Positions 27,884 to 38,213 of a DNA stretch of 64,000 bases are shown one piece after another (the stretch's first letter is position 1; each line of letters starts with the position of its first letter). Both the position numbers and the translations under genes were made by a program. Under the pieces are notes generated by a model, which did not search any database, was not told the origin of the DNA, and saw only the letters and a program-made list of their open reading frames with translations. The stretch spans positions 42,375 to 106,374 of the forward strand of contig JBBRLJ010000018.1 of NCBI GenBank assembly GCA_038231435.1, in the 5' to 3' direction. This DNA is from Planctomycetota bacterium (GTDB lineage: Bacteria; Planctomycetota; UBA11346).

Positions 27884-30800
27884 TCAACCGACGAAGCGCC
27901 GGCGCGAAAGGGCCGCGAATCCGCCCATCGCCAGCAGCAACACGATGCCCGCCGCGCCCGAGCCCACGCCACAGCCGTTGCCGCTCGCGGCCTGGTGGTT
28001 CAGGCCACCCGGAGGCAGTGGAGGACCGCCAGCGGCGAACTGCCGGCGATGCGACGCCGACTTCACCGGCGTCTCGCCGTGGTACAGCCGGCTCTGGTGC
28101 GACGCAGCGAAGCCGTTGAGGTTGCCGAGGCTCAATGTCGGGAAACGCACGATGTGCAGGTCGCTCGCCAGGTTGTCGCGAATCCAGTAGCCTTTGCCGG
28201 CATCGAACGAGGTGACCGAGGCGTACGCGCCCGCGAGCGGATCCCACAGGAACGCGCTGACGCCGATCGCGGCGTCGCGCTCGGTGGATACCAGCTCGGC
28301 GTTGGTGGTCGAATCGAAGACCCGCAGGTCGTTCCAGGCATGAGTGTCGAAGGTGGTGGTGCCGTCGCCGAGCGAAGGGATCGAGATGAAATTCCAACCC
28401 GGGTGCAGGGTGACCTCGAAGAACATCGGCAGCGGCACGCCGTCGAAATCGAGCCCGAAGTCGACACGGCTGGCCAGGAAGATCGCCTCGCCCGGTGTCA
28501 GGCCGCCGCTGGGGAGATTCGGCAGGCGCACGTAACCTTGCGACGTCGCGTCCCAGACATACGCCGAGGCCTGTTCATCGGAGTACGTGCCCGCGGTGGC
28601 GAGCAGATTGGCTAGACCGGTCGGGGTGTTCGCGCCGATGGCGCTGTAGGAAGTCACCTCGGCCGTGCTCCCCGGCAGAATCGGCGGCACGACCACGATA
28701 GGCGCGAGATCGGCGGCGGTGACCGTGTAGTCGGTCGTCGAAGCTCCATCGCCGACGGTGACGGTGTAGGTGCCCGGCTTCAGGGCGCACACAACCGCCT
28801 TCTGGGTCGGATCATTGTCGAGATCGCCGTCTGCATCGGTGAGCGCCAAGTCGGTGGTGAAGAAAGTGAACGAACCCTCGGGAGCGGGAGTCGCATAGAT
28901 GAAGGTGGGAGCGCCGTTGGTACCGAGCACTGGCAGACCGTCGTGCAGATCGAACTCGATGACCTGGCCGATCGAGACGGCGATCGAGGTGCCCACCGGC
29001 GAACCCGCGACCAGCGCATCGACGACCAACGGCTCGTGATCGACGATGGTGCCATCGAAAGTCGCGCGAGAGGAGTCCACCGCCACCGAGCCGCCGGAAA
29101 GCAGCGCGAGCGTGAAGGTCTCGTCGATCGGCTCGAACACGCCATCGTCGGCCGGATTGACCGTGACGTAGCCAATGCTCGCGCCGCCCGGAACATTCAC
29201 CGAGATGGAGCTGAGGCTGAAATCATCCCCGAGATCGAGCACGGTCTCGCCGCCGCTGTTGGTCGCGCTGCCAGCGGTGATGCCCAGCAACACGCTCAGG
29301 CCGCCGGCCGGGGCTGGCGGCGACACCTGGAACGCAACCTTCATCGGCAGGCCTTCATAGAAGATCCCCGTCGGCGCGACCCAGCCCACGGTGGCCGCGG
29401 TATCGTTGTCGGTGATGGTAACGGACAGCGGCGTGATCGGAATGCCATTGAAGACCGGATCGGCGCTGGTCGCGGTGAAGGTCAGGGATCCGGAATGTGT
29501 GCCTTGGGGCAGGGAGTCATCCACCGCCATCACCGTCACGGCCTGCGGCGTCGACCAGTTCGCAGACGTGAACACCAGCGAGGGCGATGACACGTTCAGG
29601 AAAGCGTCCGGCGCCAGGGCTACGGTGACGTCCATGCTCGGCGCAGTCGACAGCGCGACCGTGATGGTGTCGACAGGGCCACCTTCGCCGACATCGGTCG
29701 TGCCTCCGGACTCGACGACGGTCACCTGGGCAATGGCGATGTTCACGGTGATGGTGTTCGAGTAATCCATGCCATCGAAGACATAGACATCGAAGGAATC
29801 CGAGGTGATCGAGGTCTCGATCGGTAGGAAGGATCGTCGCAGGGACGGTGCGGCGAATCCCGGACTGTCGGTCCCCTCTCCGATGATGACGAACGGAGAG
29901 TAGGAATAGGTGAAGAACCCAGTGGCATCGTCGACGGAAACGGTGCCGTAGGTCGGCCCGCTGACCACATTGAAGGTGCGAGAAGGCCCATCGACATCAG
30001 CGACCGCCAGCAGCCCGGTTCCGTCCTGCGAGGACGAGCCGCTCACAGTGATGCTGCCTGGCGTCAGCACCCCGACGTCGCCGATGGGTGAGGGCGAACC
30101 GGTATACGTACCGGTGAAACCGCTTGCGCTATCGATGGCGAGCGGTCCCGCGAGCTCGTCGAGGTGCCAGACCGAAACCAGGTTGGGATCCGGTGTCGCC
30201 TGCGAAGCGGAAGCGAAGCCCATGATCTGTGGTCCGGTGAGCGCAACGTTCCAGAGCCGGACCTCATCGATGATGTAGGAGCAGCTCGAGGTCGCCGAGC
30301 CTATCTCGAACGGCAGTCCCGCGTCGATCGGAGGCGGCAGCGCGCTGCTGCCCACCAGATTGCCATCGATATACACTTCCGTGACGCTGGCCGTCTGGAC
30401 CACCGCCAGGTGCAGCCACCTGCCGACCGGGATCGTGGTGAACTCGACGTAGAACGCGCCGTTCGACCACCACTCGACCGATTTGTTGCCGCTGCCATCG
30501 TCGGAGATCCTCAGCAGATAGCCGGCTGTCGATGCATCGCCCGAGCCGGCGACCAGCATGCTCTCGTCGTCGAGCGGGGTCAGGAACTTCACCCACGCCT
30601 CGATGGTCATGGAAGCGGGCGTCAGGGCCGCCTGATGCGGCACAGTCACGTGATCGCCCGGAGCGAACGACAGCGCTCCGCCTGCGCCGAGCGTGGGAGA
30701 AGCATCGACGCCGACCGTCTCGATGCCGTCGACCACCGAAGCGTCGGTACCGTCGAAGACCTGGAAGGTGAACGTTTCGACTCCCGTGAACCCAGGCAGG

Positions 30801-32056
30801 GGCGTGTAGGTGAAATCGCCCGTCGCCGCATTGTCGAGCGTCACCGAACCGAGCGTCGGCTGGGTGACGAGCGAATAGGTGAGAGCATCGCCTTCGAAAT
30901 CGCTGGCAGTCAACGAACCCGAGACGGATTGATCGTGCAAGGTCGAGATGACGCCATCGACCGCGATGGGCGGAGCGTTCACCTCGGAGACCAGGCTGAG
31001 ACTGACAAAGGACGAAAAATCCCTCGTCAGGCGCAAGGGGCCGAACGAATGATTGGGAAAGGAGGCGAAATCCCCGGCGACGGACGCGTAGTCCATCACC
31101 GTGAAGCTGTCGCCAGCCGACAGCGAGCCCAGCAGGGCCACGTCGAGCACGCCGTCGAGGGACACCGCGGAGCCCACGCTGAGTCGGTCGAAATTCGCCA
31201 CATCAGTCAATTCGATGGACAGCGTTCCCGAGGGCCCCTGTTGGAAGGCACCAGTCACGCTGAGGGTGCCGATCCCCGACACGCCCGGCGCGACTGTTCC
31301 TTGGTTGATCACATCGCCGTCGATGATTCCCTCGCCGATGAGCGAGCCGCTGGAGATGGTCAGCTGCGGACACGACAGGGAGCAAGAGTTGTCCACCTCG
31401 ATGATGCCCGTGTCATGCGTCACATTCTCTAGGAATGCCAGGGTCCCCGATTGCACCGTGATGGCGCCCTGGTCGTTGAATGCGCAACTGATCCAGGCCG
31501 AGCCCGCACCGGTCGATTTCAGCAGCGTACCGGTGGGCTCGTTGTTGATGAAGCCGAAGGAATTTCCCGGATCGAGGATCTGGATGTCCGATTGGAGATC
31601 GATGGTGCCGTTGTTCCATAGGTTCGCATCATCCTCGACGATGGCGGTTGGAGCGGCGAGCACGACCGTGCCGTCGTTGAGCAGGCCGCATCCAGGTCCG
31701 CTGAGGATCATGGTGCCGCCGACAAACGAGAGCACGCCATTCGGGTAGACGTAGGTGTTGAGCGACACCAGCAGGATGTTGTCCACCACGGCCAGGGTCT
31801 GGACGCCGGTGCCGCCTCCGACGTTCATATTCGCGACCACGGTTCCGCCCGAGAGCGTGACGGTGTAGGTTCCGGACGCATCGATGAAGACGTTGTCTCC
31901 TGAAGCCGGGACGGCGCTCAGATCCCAATTCGCGGCGACGTTCCAGCTGCCGCCCGAGGCATTGATCCAGTGCAGATCCTGGGCGAAGCCGCAGGTCGGC
32001 ATCAGCATCATCACGAATGCCGCGAGAGCGGCGCGGCGGATCAGCGCGCAAAGCAT
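27884..32056 (-). CDS. Giant secreted surface protein: beta-helix-like N-terminus, LamG, Ig/cadherin-like and Calx-beta-like domains, C-terminal GCG-TM-RRR sorting signal
   Basis: Signal peptide; WNVAANW...VP start; TIEAWVK...WLHLAVV...IDEVRLWN LamG; NAPPIA...LTYSLVTQP...FTYTP Ig; tail GNGCGVGSG-hydrophobic-RRR. Confidence 0.85.
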   Translation of the reverse strand: MLCALIRRAALAAFVMMLMPTCGFAQDLHWINASGGSWNVAANWDLSAVPASGDNVFIDASGTYTVTLSGGTVVANMNVGGGTGVQTLAVVDNILLVSLNTYVYPNGVLSFVGGTMILSGPGCGLLNDGTVVLAAPTAIVEDDANLWNNGTIDLQSDIQILDPGNSFGFINNEPTGTLLKSTGAGSAWISCAFNDQGAITVQSGTLAFLENVTHDTGIIEVDNSCSLSCPQLTISSGSLIGEGIIDGDVINQGTVAPGVSGIGTLSVTGAFQQGPSGTLSIELTDVANFDRLSVGSAVSLDGVLDVALLGSLSAGDSFTVMDYASVAGDFASFPNHSFGPLRLTRDFSSFVSLSLVSEVNAPPIAVDGVISTLHDQSVSGSLTASDFEGDALTYSLVTQPTLGSVTLDNAATGDFTYTPLPGFTGVETFTFQVFDGTDASVVDGIETVGVDASPTLGAGGALSFAPGDHVTVPHQAALTPASMTIEAWVKFLTPLDDESMLVAGSGDASTAGYLLRISDDGSGNKSVEWWSNGAFYVEFTTIPVGRWLHLAVVQTASVTEVYIDGNLVGSSALPPPIDAGLPFEIGSATSSCSYIIDEVRLWNVALTGPQIMGFASASQATPDPNLVSVWHLDELAGPLAIDSASGFTGTYTGSPSPIGDVGVLTPGSITVSGSSSQDGTGLLAVADVDGPSRTFNVVSGPTYGTVSVDDATGFFTYSYSPFVIIGEGTDSPGFAAPSLRRSFLPIETSITSDSFDVYVFDGMDYSNTITVNIAIAQVTVVESGGTTDVGEGGPVDTITVALSTAPSMDVTVALAPDAFLNVSSPSLVFTSANWSTPQAVTVMAVDDSLPQGTHSGSLTFTATSADPVFNGIPITPLSVTITDNDTAATVGWVAPTGIFYEGLPMKVAFQVSPPAPAGGLSVLLGITAGSATNSGGETVLDLGDDFSLSSISVNVPGGASIGYVTVNPADDGVFEPIDETFTLALLSGGSVAVDSSRATFDGTIVDHEPLVVDALVAGSPVGTSIAVSIGQVIEFDLHDGLPVLGTNGAPTFIYATPAPEGSFTFFTTDLALTDADGDLDNDPTQKAVVCALKPGTYTVTVGDGASTTDYTVTAADLAPIVVVPPILPGSTAEVTSYSAIGANTPTGLANLLATAGTYSDEQASAYVWDATSQGYVRLPNLPSGGLTPGEAIFLASRVDFGLDFDGVPLPMFFEVTLHPGWNFISIPSLGDGTTTFDTHAWNDLRVFDSTTNAELVSTERDAAIGVSAFLWDPLAGAYASVTSFDAGKGYWIRDNLASDLHIVRFPTLSLGNLNGFAASHQSRLYHGETPVKSASHRRQFAAGGPPLPPGGLNHQAASGNGCGVGSGAAGIVLLLAMGGFAALSRRRFVG

Positions 32057-32090
32057 GGAAGGTCCTTGGTAACCGTGGCGAAGTCCATGC

Positions 32091-32145
32091 AGCCTAGGGT
32101 ACCTGGCGAGCGAGCAGCCGAAAAGGCGGCGATTGGTGCAACAAG
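32091..32145 (-). promoter_or_regulatory. Putative promoter of surface protein 1, conserved with 35886-35940
   Basis: On the minus strand CTTGTTG...GCCTT...GCTGC...CCCTAGGCTG with identical spacing in the paralog upstream region; TAGGCT is a plausible -10. Confidence 0.5.
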
Positions 32146-32326
32146 GTCATGCCCAGGCCCGGAACCACCTGGAACGTTTCGTCCGGAGCCGGAACGGGAA
32201 CAGGGACGGCACGGAGTCGGATCGAGCGCGGCGGTGCCTACCTAGTGCCGCGACTTCTCTACACAGCCACTTCGGCTGCCAAGGAATGGAGAATACTGCC
32301 GATTCACGCTACACCTACCGACGAAC

Positions 32327-35300
32327 TCAACCGTCCAAGCGCCGACGTGACAGCGCCGCGAAGCCGGCCATGGCAAGCAGCAGCACGACGCCCGCCGCAC
32401 CAGAGCCCACGCCGCAGCCGTTGCCGCTCGCGGCGTGCTGGTGCAGTCCGCCCGGAGGCAGCGGCGGGCCGCCAGCGGCGAACTGCCGGCGGTGAGCGGA
32501 GGTCTTCACCGGAGTCTCGCCGTGGTAGAGCCGGCTCTGATGCGATGCGGCGAAACCGTTGAGAGTGCCGAGGCTGAGCGTGGGGAAGCGCACGATGTGC
32601 AGATCGCTCGCCAGGTTGTCGCGGATCCAGTAGCCCTTGCCGGCGTCGAACGAAGTGACCGAGGCATACGCGCCCGCGAGCGGATTCCACAGGAAGGCGT
32701 TGATCCCGATCGCCGCATCGCGCTCGGTCGACACCAACTCGGCGTTGGTAGTCGAATCGAAGACCCGCAGGTCGTTCCAGGCATGGGTGTCGAAGGTGGT
32801 GGCGCCATCACCCAGGGACGGGATGGTGATGAAGTTCCAGCCCGGATGCAGCGAGACCTCGAAGAACATCGGCAGCGGCACGCCGTCGAAATCCAATGCG
32901 AAATCCACGCGGCTGGCCAGGAATACCGCCTCGCCCGGCGTCAGGCCGCCGCTGGGTTGGCTCGGCAGGCGGACGTAGCCCTGCGACGACGCGTCCCACA
33001 CGTACGCCGACGCCTGGGTGTCCGAATACGATCCCGCGACGCCGAGCAGGTTCGCGAGGCCCGCGGGAGTGTTCGCGCCGATGGCGCTGTACGCGGTGTT
33101 TTCCTCGGTGCTGCCCGGCAGCACCGGCGGCGTGACCACGATGGGCGAGAGATCGGACGCGGTGACGGTGTAGTCGGTGGTGCCCAGGCCATCGCCGACG
33201 GTGAAGGTGTAGACGCCGGGTCTGAGCGCGCACACCACCGCCTTCTGCACGGGATCGCTGTCGCCGTCGGGAGTGGGGATATCGCCATCTGCGCGCACCA
33301 GATCGGTGGTGAAGAACGTGAAGGTTCCCGACGGGGCCGACGTCGAGTAGACGAAGGTCGGAGCGCCATTGGAACCAAGCACCGGCACGCCGTCGTGCAG
33401 GTCGAACTCGATGACCTGACCGATCGACACCGAGATCGAGGTGCCGGTCGGGGAGCCCCCGACCAGAGCGGTCAGCGACAGCGGCTCGTGGTCGACGATC
33501 AGTCCCGTGAACGTCCTGCGCGCGAGGTCGACATCGACGCCTGGCCCGGCAATGAGATCGATGGTGAAATCCTCGTCGGACGGTTCGAGAACGGCATCGT
33601 CGATGGGAGTGACCACCACCGTGACACTCGTGGCGCCCGCAGGGACGGAGACCGGGTTGGCGCTCAGGGTGAAGTCGGCGGGATCGGTCGCGATGCCGCC
33701 GGTGATGTTCAGGGAGATGTCCAGACCGCCCACTGGCGCGGGTGCCGAGAGCTGGATCGCGATCGGCATGGCCAGGCCTTCATAGAAATCAGCGGAGGGT
33801 TTCGTCCATCCGACGGTGACGTTCGGCAGGGCGATGCCCAACTGCACGGTCACGACGGCCGGATACGAGACATCGGTTCCATCGGAGACCTCATAGGTAA
33901 ATGCGTCCGTGCCACTCTGCCCAGGATTCACGATGTAGGTGTACGCGCCGGTGGACTGGTCATCGATCGTCACCGTGCCTTTCGTGGGAGGTGTCAGCAC
34001 GGTGAAGGCGTGGGTTGGGCCATCGATGTCGTAGACGCCGAGGAATCCGTGACCCGGGCTGCCGAGGTCGGCGTTGATGGCCGCGTTCGGGGACAGGACT
34101 CCCATGTCTCCGGTCTGGACTGGCGCACCGATGATGGTGCCATCGAAGCCGTTGGCAGATTCGATGGCGACGCCAGCGCTGATCTGGTCCAGGTGCCAGA
34201 CCGCCACCAGATCGGTCGCCGGCACGGCGAGGCTGGGTAGCATGGCCTCCGTAGGGTCCACCGAGGTCGTGGAGCGCGAGTCCAAATCGCTGGGATCGAG
34301 GACCACCCGCCAAACCCGCACTTCGTCCATCAGGAAGGAGTTGTCGGATAATGCCGACGATCCGAACGTGAATGGCTGCAGCGCATCCACCAGCGGACCC
34401 ACGGTTCCAGTGGCGATAGCAACGTCGTCGATATAAATGATGGCATCGGTACCGGTCTGCGTGACCGCCAAGTGGATCCAGCGTCCGAGTGGCAGGGTCT
34501 GGTATTGACTGATGCTCGATCCGCCAGCGGTCCAGCTGATCCGTTGACCATCGGAATTATCGATGTCCAACTCGTAACCATCAGATCCCGTGGTTGAGCT
34601 TGCGACCACCCAGGTGGTCGAGGAGCCAGGATAATCGAGCAGCTTCACCCACGCCTCGAGCGTGATGTCCGGAGGAGTGAGCGCTGCCTGATGGGAAACG
34701 GAGACGCTGTCCCCTGGAGTGAAGGCGAGCGAGGTTCCATTCGCGGCAACCGGGATGGAATTGACCGCCACGACGGTCACACCCATGGATCCCGCGACAT
34801 AGTACGCGGAGAACGTGTAGCCGGGATCGAGGAAACTGATCACCGAGGAGAAGCTGCCCGTGCTCGAACCAAAAAATACGGCTCCGACGGAATCACCCAC
34901 ATTGGGCAGATATCCGGTTGCCGACGCGTACAGCGAGCCCGCCAGAGTCGCAGTCCCGGCGACCTGCAGGTAGCTCGGGGTGTAGAGATCGCCCACCTCG
35001 ATCACCAGGATGCCCAATGGATCCTGCTGGTAGTTTCCGCTCACGATCAGGCCGAACGCGGCATCCGGGACGATGGTGCCGAGATTGACGAGGTCGCTCT
35101 GCACGTAGCCATGACCGACCAACACGGCGCCGCTGCCGATAGTCAATGGCGACGGGCAAGAGACCGTGGAGCCCCCGAGCAGATCCACCTGGCCGGTGAC
35201 AGTCTGCGGGTTGGAGAATCCCAGGGTACCGGCATCGACCAGGATCACGGCGATCGATCCCGATTGGGACACGCTGGGGACGATGGTCGCCGTGCCCGTT

Positions 35301-35848
35301 CCGCTGAGCTTCTCGATGGTGCTGGCGTTGACGATGCTGCCGGTCGCGGACGGGTCGGCGATCGAGAAATCACCGTCGATGGTCAGATTCCCGTTGTTCG
35401 TCAAGATCGCGTTGTTGGCAATATTCAGTCCGCCGTCCGTCTGCAGGACGATGAGCCCGCCATTGCCCAGGGTCACGCCGGCGCCATTAAGGATCAGGAT
35501 ACCACCCAGCGAGATGATCGCCTGCGCGCCGAACTGGATGGCGCTCGCGCCGCTAGGAGTCAGGCTTCCACCGCTCGCGATGGTCAATACCGGAAATGCG
35601 AGGCTGCCATCCCCGACGACCAGGTCAGTCACCGCCCGGACGTCGGACACCGTGACGGTGTAACTTCCAGAGGCGTCGATGATCGCGCGATCGGTCGAGG
35701 TCGGCACCACCGCGGGCGTCCAGTTCGCCGCGACGTTCCAGTTTCCGTCCGCACCGGTCGCCCAATGCACATCCTGCGCGAAGCCGCACATCGGTACCAA
35801 CGCCAACACCATCACGATCGCGGTTCGACGCAGGGACGCGGAGAGCAT
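32327..35848 (-). CDS. Paralogous giant LamG surface protein with GCG-TM-RRR sorting signal
   Basis: Same architecture as 27884-32056 with fewer Ig modules; last about 380 aa highly similar. Confidence 0.85.
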   Translation of the reverse strand: MLSASLRRTAIVMVLALVPMCGFAQDVHWATGADGNWNVAANWTPAVVPTSTDRAIIDASGSYTVTVSDVRAVTDLVVGDGSLAFPVLTIASGGSLTPSGASAIQFGAQAIISLGGILILNGAGVTLGNGGLIVLQTDGGLNIANNAILTNNGNLTIDGDFSIADPSATGSIVNASTIEKLSGTGTATIVPSVSQSGSIAVILVDAGTLGFSNPQTVTGQVDLLGGSTVSCPSPLTIGSGAVLVGHGYVQSDLVNLGTIVPDAAFGLIVSGNYQQDPLGILVIEVGDLYTPSYLQVAGTATLAGSLYASATGYLPNVGDSVGAVFFGSSTGSFSSVISFLDPGYTFSAYYVAGSMGVTVVAVNSIPVAANGTSLAFTPGDSVSVSHQAALTPPDITLEAWVKLLDYPGSSTTWVVASSTTGSDGYELDIDNSDGQRISWTAGGSSISQYQTLPLGRWIHLAVTQTGTDAIIYIDDVAIATGTVGPLVDALQPFTFGSSALSDNSFLMDEVRVWRVVLDPSDLDSRSTTSVDPTEAMLPSLAVPATDLVAVWHLDQISAGVAIESANGFDGTIIGAPVQTGDMGVLSPNAAINADLGSPGHGFLGVYDIDGPTHAFTVLTPPTKGTVTIDDQSTGAYTYIVNPGQSGTDAFTYEVSDGTDVSYPAVVTVQLGIALPNVTVGWTKPSADFYEGLAMPIAIQLSAPAPVGGLDISLNITGGIATDPADFTLSANPVSVPAGATSVTVVVTPIDDAVLEPSDEDFTIDLIAGPGVDVDLARRTFTGLIVDHEPLSLTALVGGSPTGTSISVSIGQVIEFDLHDGVPVLGSNGAPTFVYSTSAPSGTFTFFTTDLVRADGDIPTPDGDSDPVQKAVVCALRPGVYTFTVGDGLGTTDYTVTASDLSPIVVTPPVLPGSTEENTAYSAIGANTPAGLANLLGVAGSYSDTQASAYVWDASSQGYVRLPSQPSGGLTPGEAVFLASRVDFALDFDGVPLPMFFEVSLHPGWNFITIPSLGDGATTFDTHAWNDLRVFDSTTNAELVSTERDAAIGINAFLWNPLAGAYASVTSFDAGKGYWIRDNLASDLHIVRFPTLSLGTLNGFAASHQSRLYHGETPVKTSAHRRQFAAGGPPLPPGGLHQHAASGNGCGVGSGAAGVVLLLAMAGFAALSRRRLDG

Positions 35849-35885
35849 ATGGAATCCTTCGTGCCGTTGAGATCGGCGTCTGGTC

Positions 35886-35940
35886 AGTCTAGGGAGTCGA
35901 TGGTTGAAGCAGCGGAGAAGGCCTGGATCGTTTCAACAAG
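35886..35940 (-). promoter_or_regulatory. Putative promoter of surface protein 2
   Basis: CTTGTTG...GCCTT...GCTGC...CCCTAGACTG on the minus strand, same spacing as 32091-32145. Confidence 0.5.
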
Positions 35941-36020
35941 ACCAGAGTCCCGCCGCATCGTCAGAACCGTCTGGCTCAGCCCGCCAGTCAGAGTCGGGAA
36001 TGGCTGGCGTAGCTGCGCGG

Positions 36021-36971
36021 TCAGGGCGGCGACGGCGGAGGCGACAACGGATTGGGTCCGCTGAACGCCTGGTTGATCACCTGGTTCGTCACCTCGTTCG
36101 AGACGTCCTTCTCGATTTCCGAACTAATCTGGGCATTGATGTCGTTGCCGGCGTTGCTGAGGTCGACGTCGTGATCGCCGATCTGCGGTCCGCCCTCGAC
36201 GCCGCTGCCGGCGCTGTTGCCGTTCACGCCGCCGTCGGCGGTGCTGTTCTCGGCGGCGCTGGTGTCCCATGAGGAATCGGGAGCCGGGGTGTCACCCTGC
36301 GACTGCAGCGACGAATGCTCGCTGGCCGACGAGGTCTGGATCTGCGGACGACCGAGCAGGTTGTGCACCGGGCCGAGACCCGAGGCATCGGCGGTCAGGC
36401 CCTGGCGGGAGTTCATCTCGACTCCTTCCGATCCCGAGAGCGCGGCGATCGCCTCGGCGACCTCCTTGCGCACGTTGACCAGGATCTTGCCGTGGACCAG
36501 GGCGACATAGTCGGTGTCGGCCTTGACGCGCTCGACCACCAGCAGCGTGCCGGTGACCTTCACGTCGATGATCTTGCCGAGTACGTGGACGTCCGTGTAA
36601 GCGCCCTTGTCGGCGATGTCGGCTTCGAGCTGTCCGGATACCAGGTGCGCGACAAGACTGGTGCCGGTGCCATCGGTCTTCTCGTCGATGAACATCTCGG
36701 CCTTGGGCGAGAGGTAGAGCGAGCAGCGCGGCGCCTTCGCCAGCACCACGCGTACCGCGCGATCCCCCGCAGTCATGTGCGTGCCGCTGGGGATCTCGCC
36801 GCCCAGGGTCGCTGAGGCGTCGCCGATCTTCCCGGCTCCGGCCTTCCAGGTCGCGAGCACGTCGGCTCGTTCCGCGCCCTGCGCGCCCTCTGCAATCTCC
36901 GCAGCGAAGGCGGTCGGAGCATAGGCGCCGATGGAGATGGAGATCGCAGCGGCGAGGATGACGGCACGCAT
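36021..36971 (-). CDS. Secreted FecR-domain protein with low-complexity acidic tail
   Basis: Signal peptide; LVSGQL...VKVTGT.LVV...VALVHGKILV FecR-like pattern; no N-terminal anti-sigma domain; ends PPPSPP. Confidence 0.7.
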   Translation of the reverse strand: MRAVILAAAISISIGAYAPTAFAAEIAEGAQGAERADVLATWKAGAGKIGDASATLGGEIPSGTHMTAGDRAVRVVLAKAPRCSLYLSPKAEMFIDEKTDGTGTSLVAHLVSGQLEADIADKGAYTDVHVLGKIIDVKVTGTLLVVERVKADTDYVALVHGKILVNVRKEVAEAIAALSGSEGVEMNSRQGLTADASGLGPVHNLLGRPQIQTSSASEHSSLQSQGDTPAPDSSWDTSAAENSTADGGVNGNSAGSGVEGGPQIGDHDVDLSNAGNDINAQISSEIEKDVSNEVTNQVINQAFSGPNPLSPPPSPP

Positions 36972-36979
36972 GGTTGCTC

Positions 36980-38029
36980 CTACCAGATGACGCTGAGCCG
37001 ACCGCCTGCCTGGAGGCGGTCGTAGGTGTCGCGAGAGATGTTGGCGTTACGGATGGTGTAGCCGACGAACGCGCCGACCGAGGCGTTCTCGCACATCCAT
37101 ACGTCGCCGGTGACGGCGTAGGTGGTGATCGCCTGGCGCTCGCGCTCGAGGCCGATCGAGCCACGATCGTAGCGGCGCAGCTCGAGGCCGACGCGCGCGG
37201 ACAGGTCGATGGTCCCGGCGACGGGGCGCGTGCCTCCGTGCAGACGGTAGAAGCCGCCGAGGCTTCCGCCCAGGCCCGTATAGGAGTCGATCGCGGCGTT
37301 GGCCACGAAGCGCACCAAGCGCAGCGAGAACTCGGCGCGGCGGCGCACGTTGCGGTCTTCGAGCATGTACCAGTGCCGGTATGCCACCTCGCCCTCGATG
37401 CCCGAGCTGTCGCTGTTTCCCTTGTAGCGCAACACCTGAGCGCCGGCAGATATGATCGAGACGTTGCGCCCCCAGGTGTCGGCGGCATAGAGGTTCTCGC
37501 TGCCGGCGGAGGCAGCGTATTTGCTGTCGAGCCAGAAGGCGTTGAAGCCGGTGGCCGAACCCACGATCACGCCATGCACGTCGAGCTGATCGTTCAGGCC
37601 ACCGCCGACGCGGATCAGATTGGCTTGTGTCACGTCGGGATAGTCGCTGACGTCGCCATCGAGGCTGACGCTCATCTTGAAGCGCTGCGTGCGCACCACC
37701 GCGGCGGTCGCGCGCGCGCCAGCGGTGAGCGCCAGGCCAGACGAACCGGTGCTCGACGGGCTCTCGCTCGGCTGCAGCAAGATGTTGCTGTCGTAGCCGG
37801 CGCCGATCGAACCCGACACGGTCAGGAACTTCTGGCCTGGCGCCGGAGCCCGCCCCGCTGGCGCGTTGGCCGGCGTGGCCACGTGGGCCGAGGCGTCCTG
37901 CGCGGGGAGCTGGGCCGGGGCTTGCGCCGGAGCGGCGGCCGCATCGGCGGGGAGAGCGCCCGGTTGGTCCTCCGCGAAGATCGAGGAGGAACCGGCGGCT
38001 AGACAGAGCAAGGCGAGACACGAACGCAT
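36980..38029 (-). CDS. Outer-membrane beta-barrel protein (BBP2/Slam-like)
   Basis: Signal peptide, GAGYDSNI motif, amphipathic strands, YDR near the end and terminal aromatic beta-signal (RLSVIW). Confidence 0.7.
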   Translation of the reverse strand: MRSCLALLCLAAGSSSIFAEDQPGALPADAAAAPAQAPAQLPAQDASAHVATPANAPAGRAPAPGQKFLTVSGSIGAGYDSNILLQPSESPSSTGSSGLALTAGARATAAVVRTQRFKMSVSLDGDVSDYPDVTQANLIRVGGGLNDQLDVHGVIVGSATGFNAFWLDSKYAASAGSENLYAADTWGRNVSIISAGAQVLRYKGNSDSSGIEGEVAYRHWYMLEDRNVRRRAEFSLRLVRFVANAAIDSYTGLGGSLGGFYRLHGGTRPVAGTIDLSARVGLELRRYDRGSIGLERERQAITTYAVTGDVWMCENASVGAFVGYTIRNANISRDTYDRLQAGGRLSVIW

Positions 38030-38213
38030 CTGGACTCCGGGTAGGCCCGGGAGTGGTGTCTCCCGGAGCGCTAAAATCAGGGCTCTCGTATACCGTGGGC
38101 GGCCCCCCTGCGCAACGCATGCTGGACGCAACGACTGGAACGACGACCCGCGCCGTCGCACCATCCAGTTCACACCAGCCAGGCAGGCGCTACCCTGGGC
38201 CGCGGAGGTGGAA

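Noticed and set aside
27884..35848. Classical autotransporters or DGR target/template pair
   Set aside because: No C-terminal beta-barrel; differences between the similar 3' regions look mostly synonymous rather than adenine-specific, and no reverse transcriptase is present
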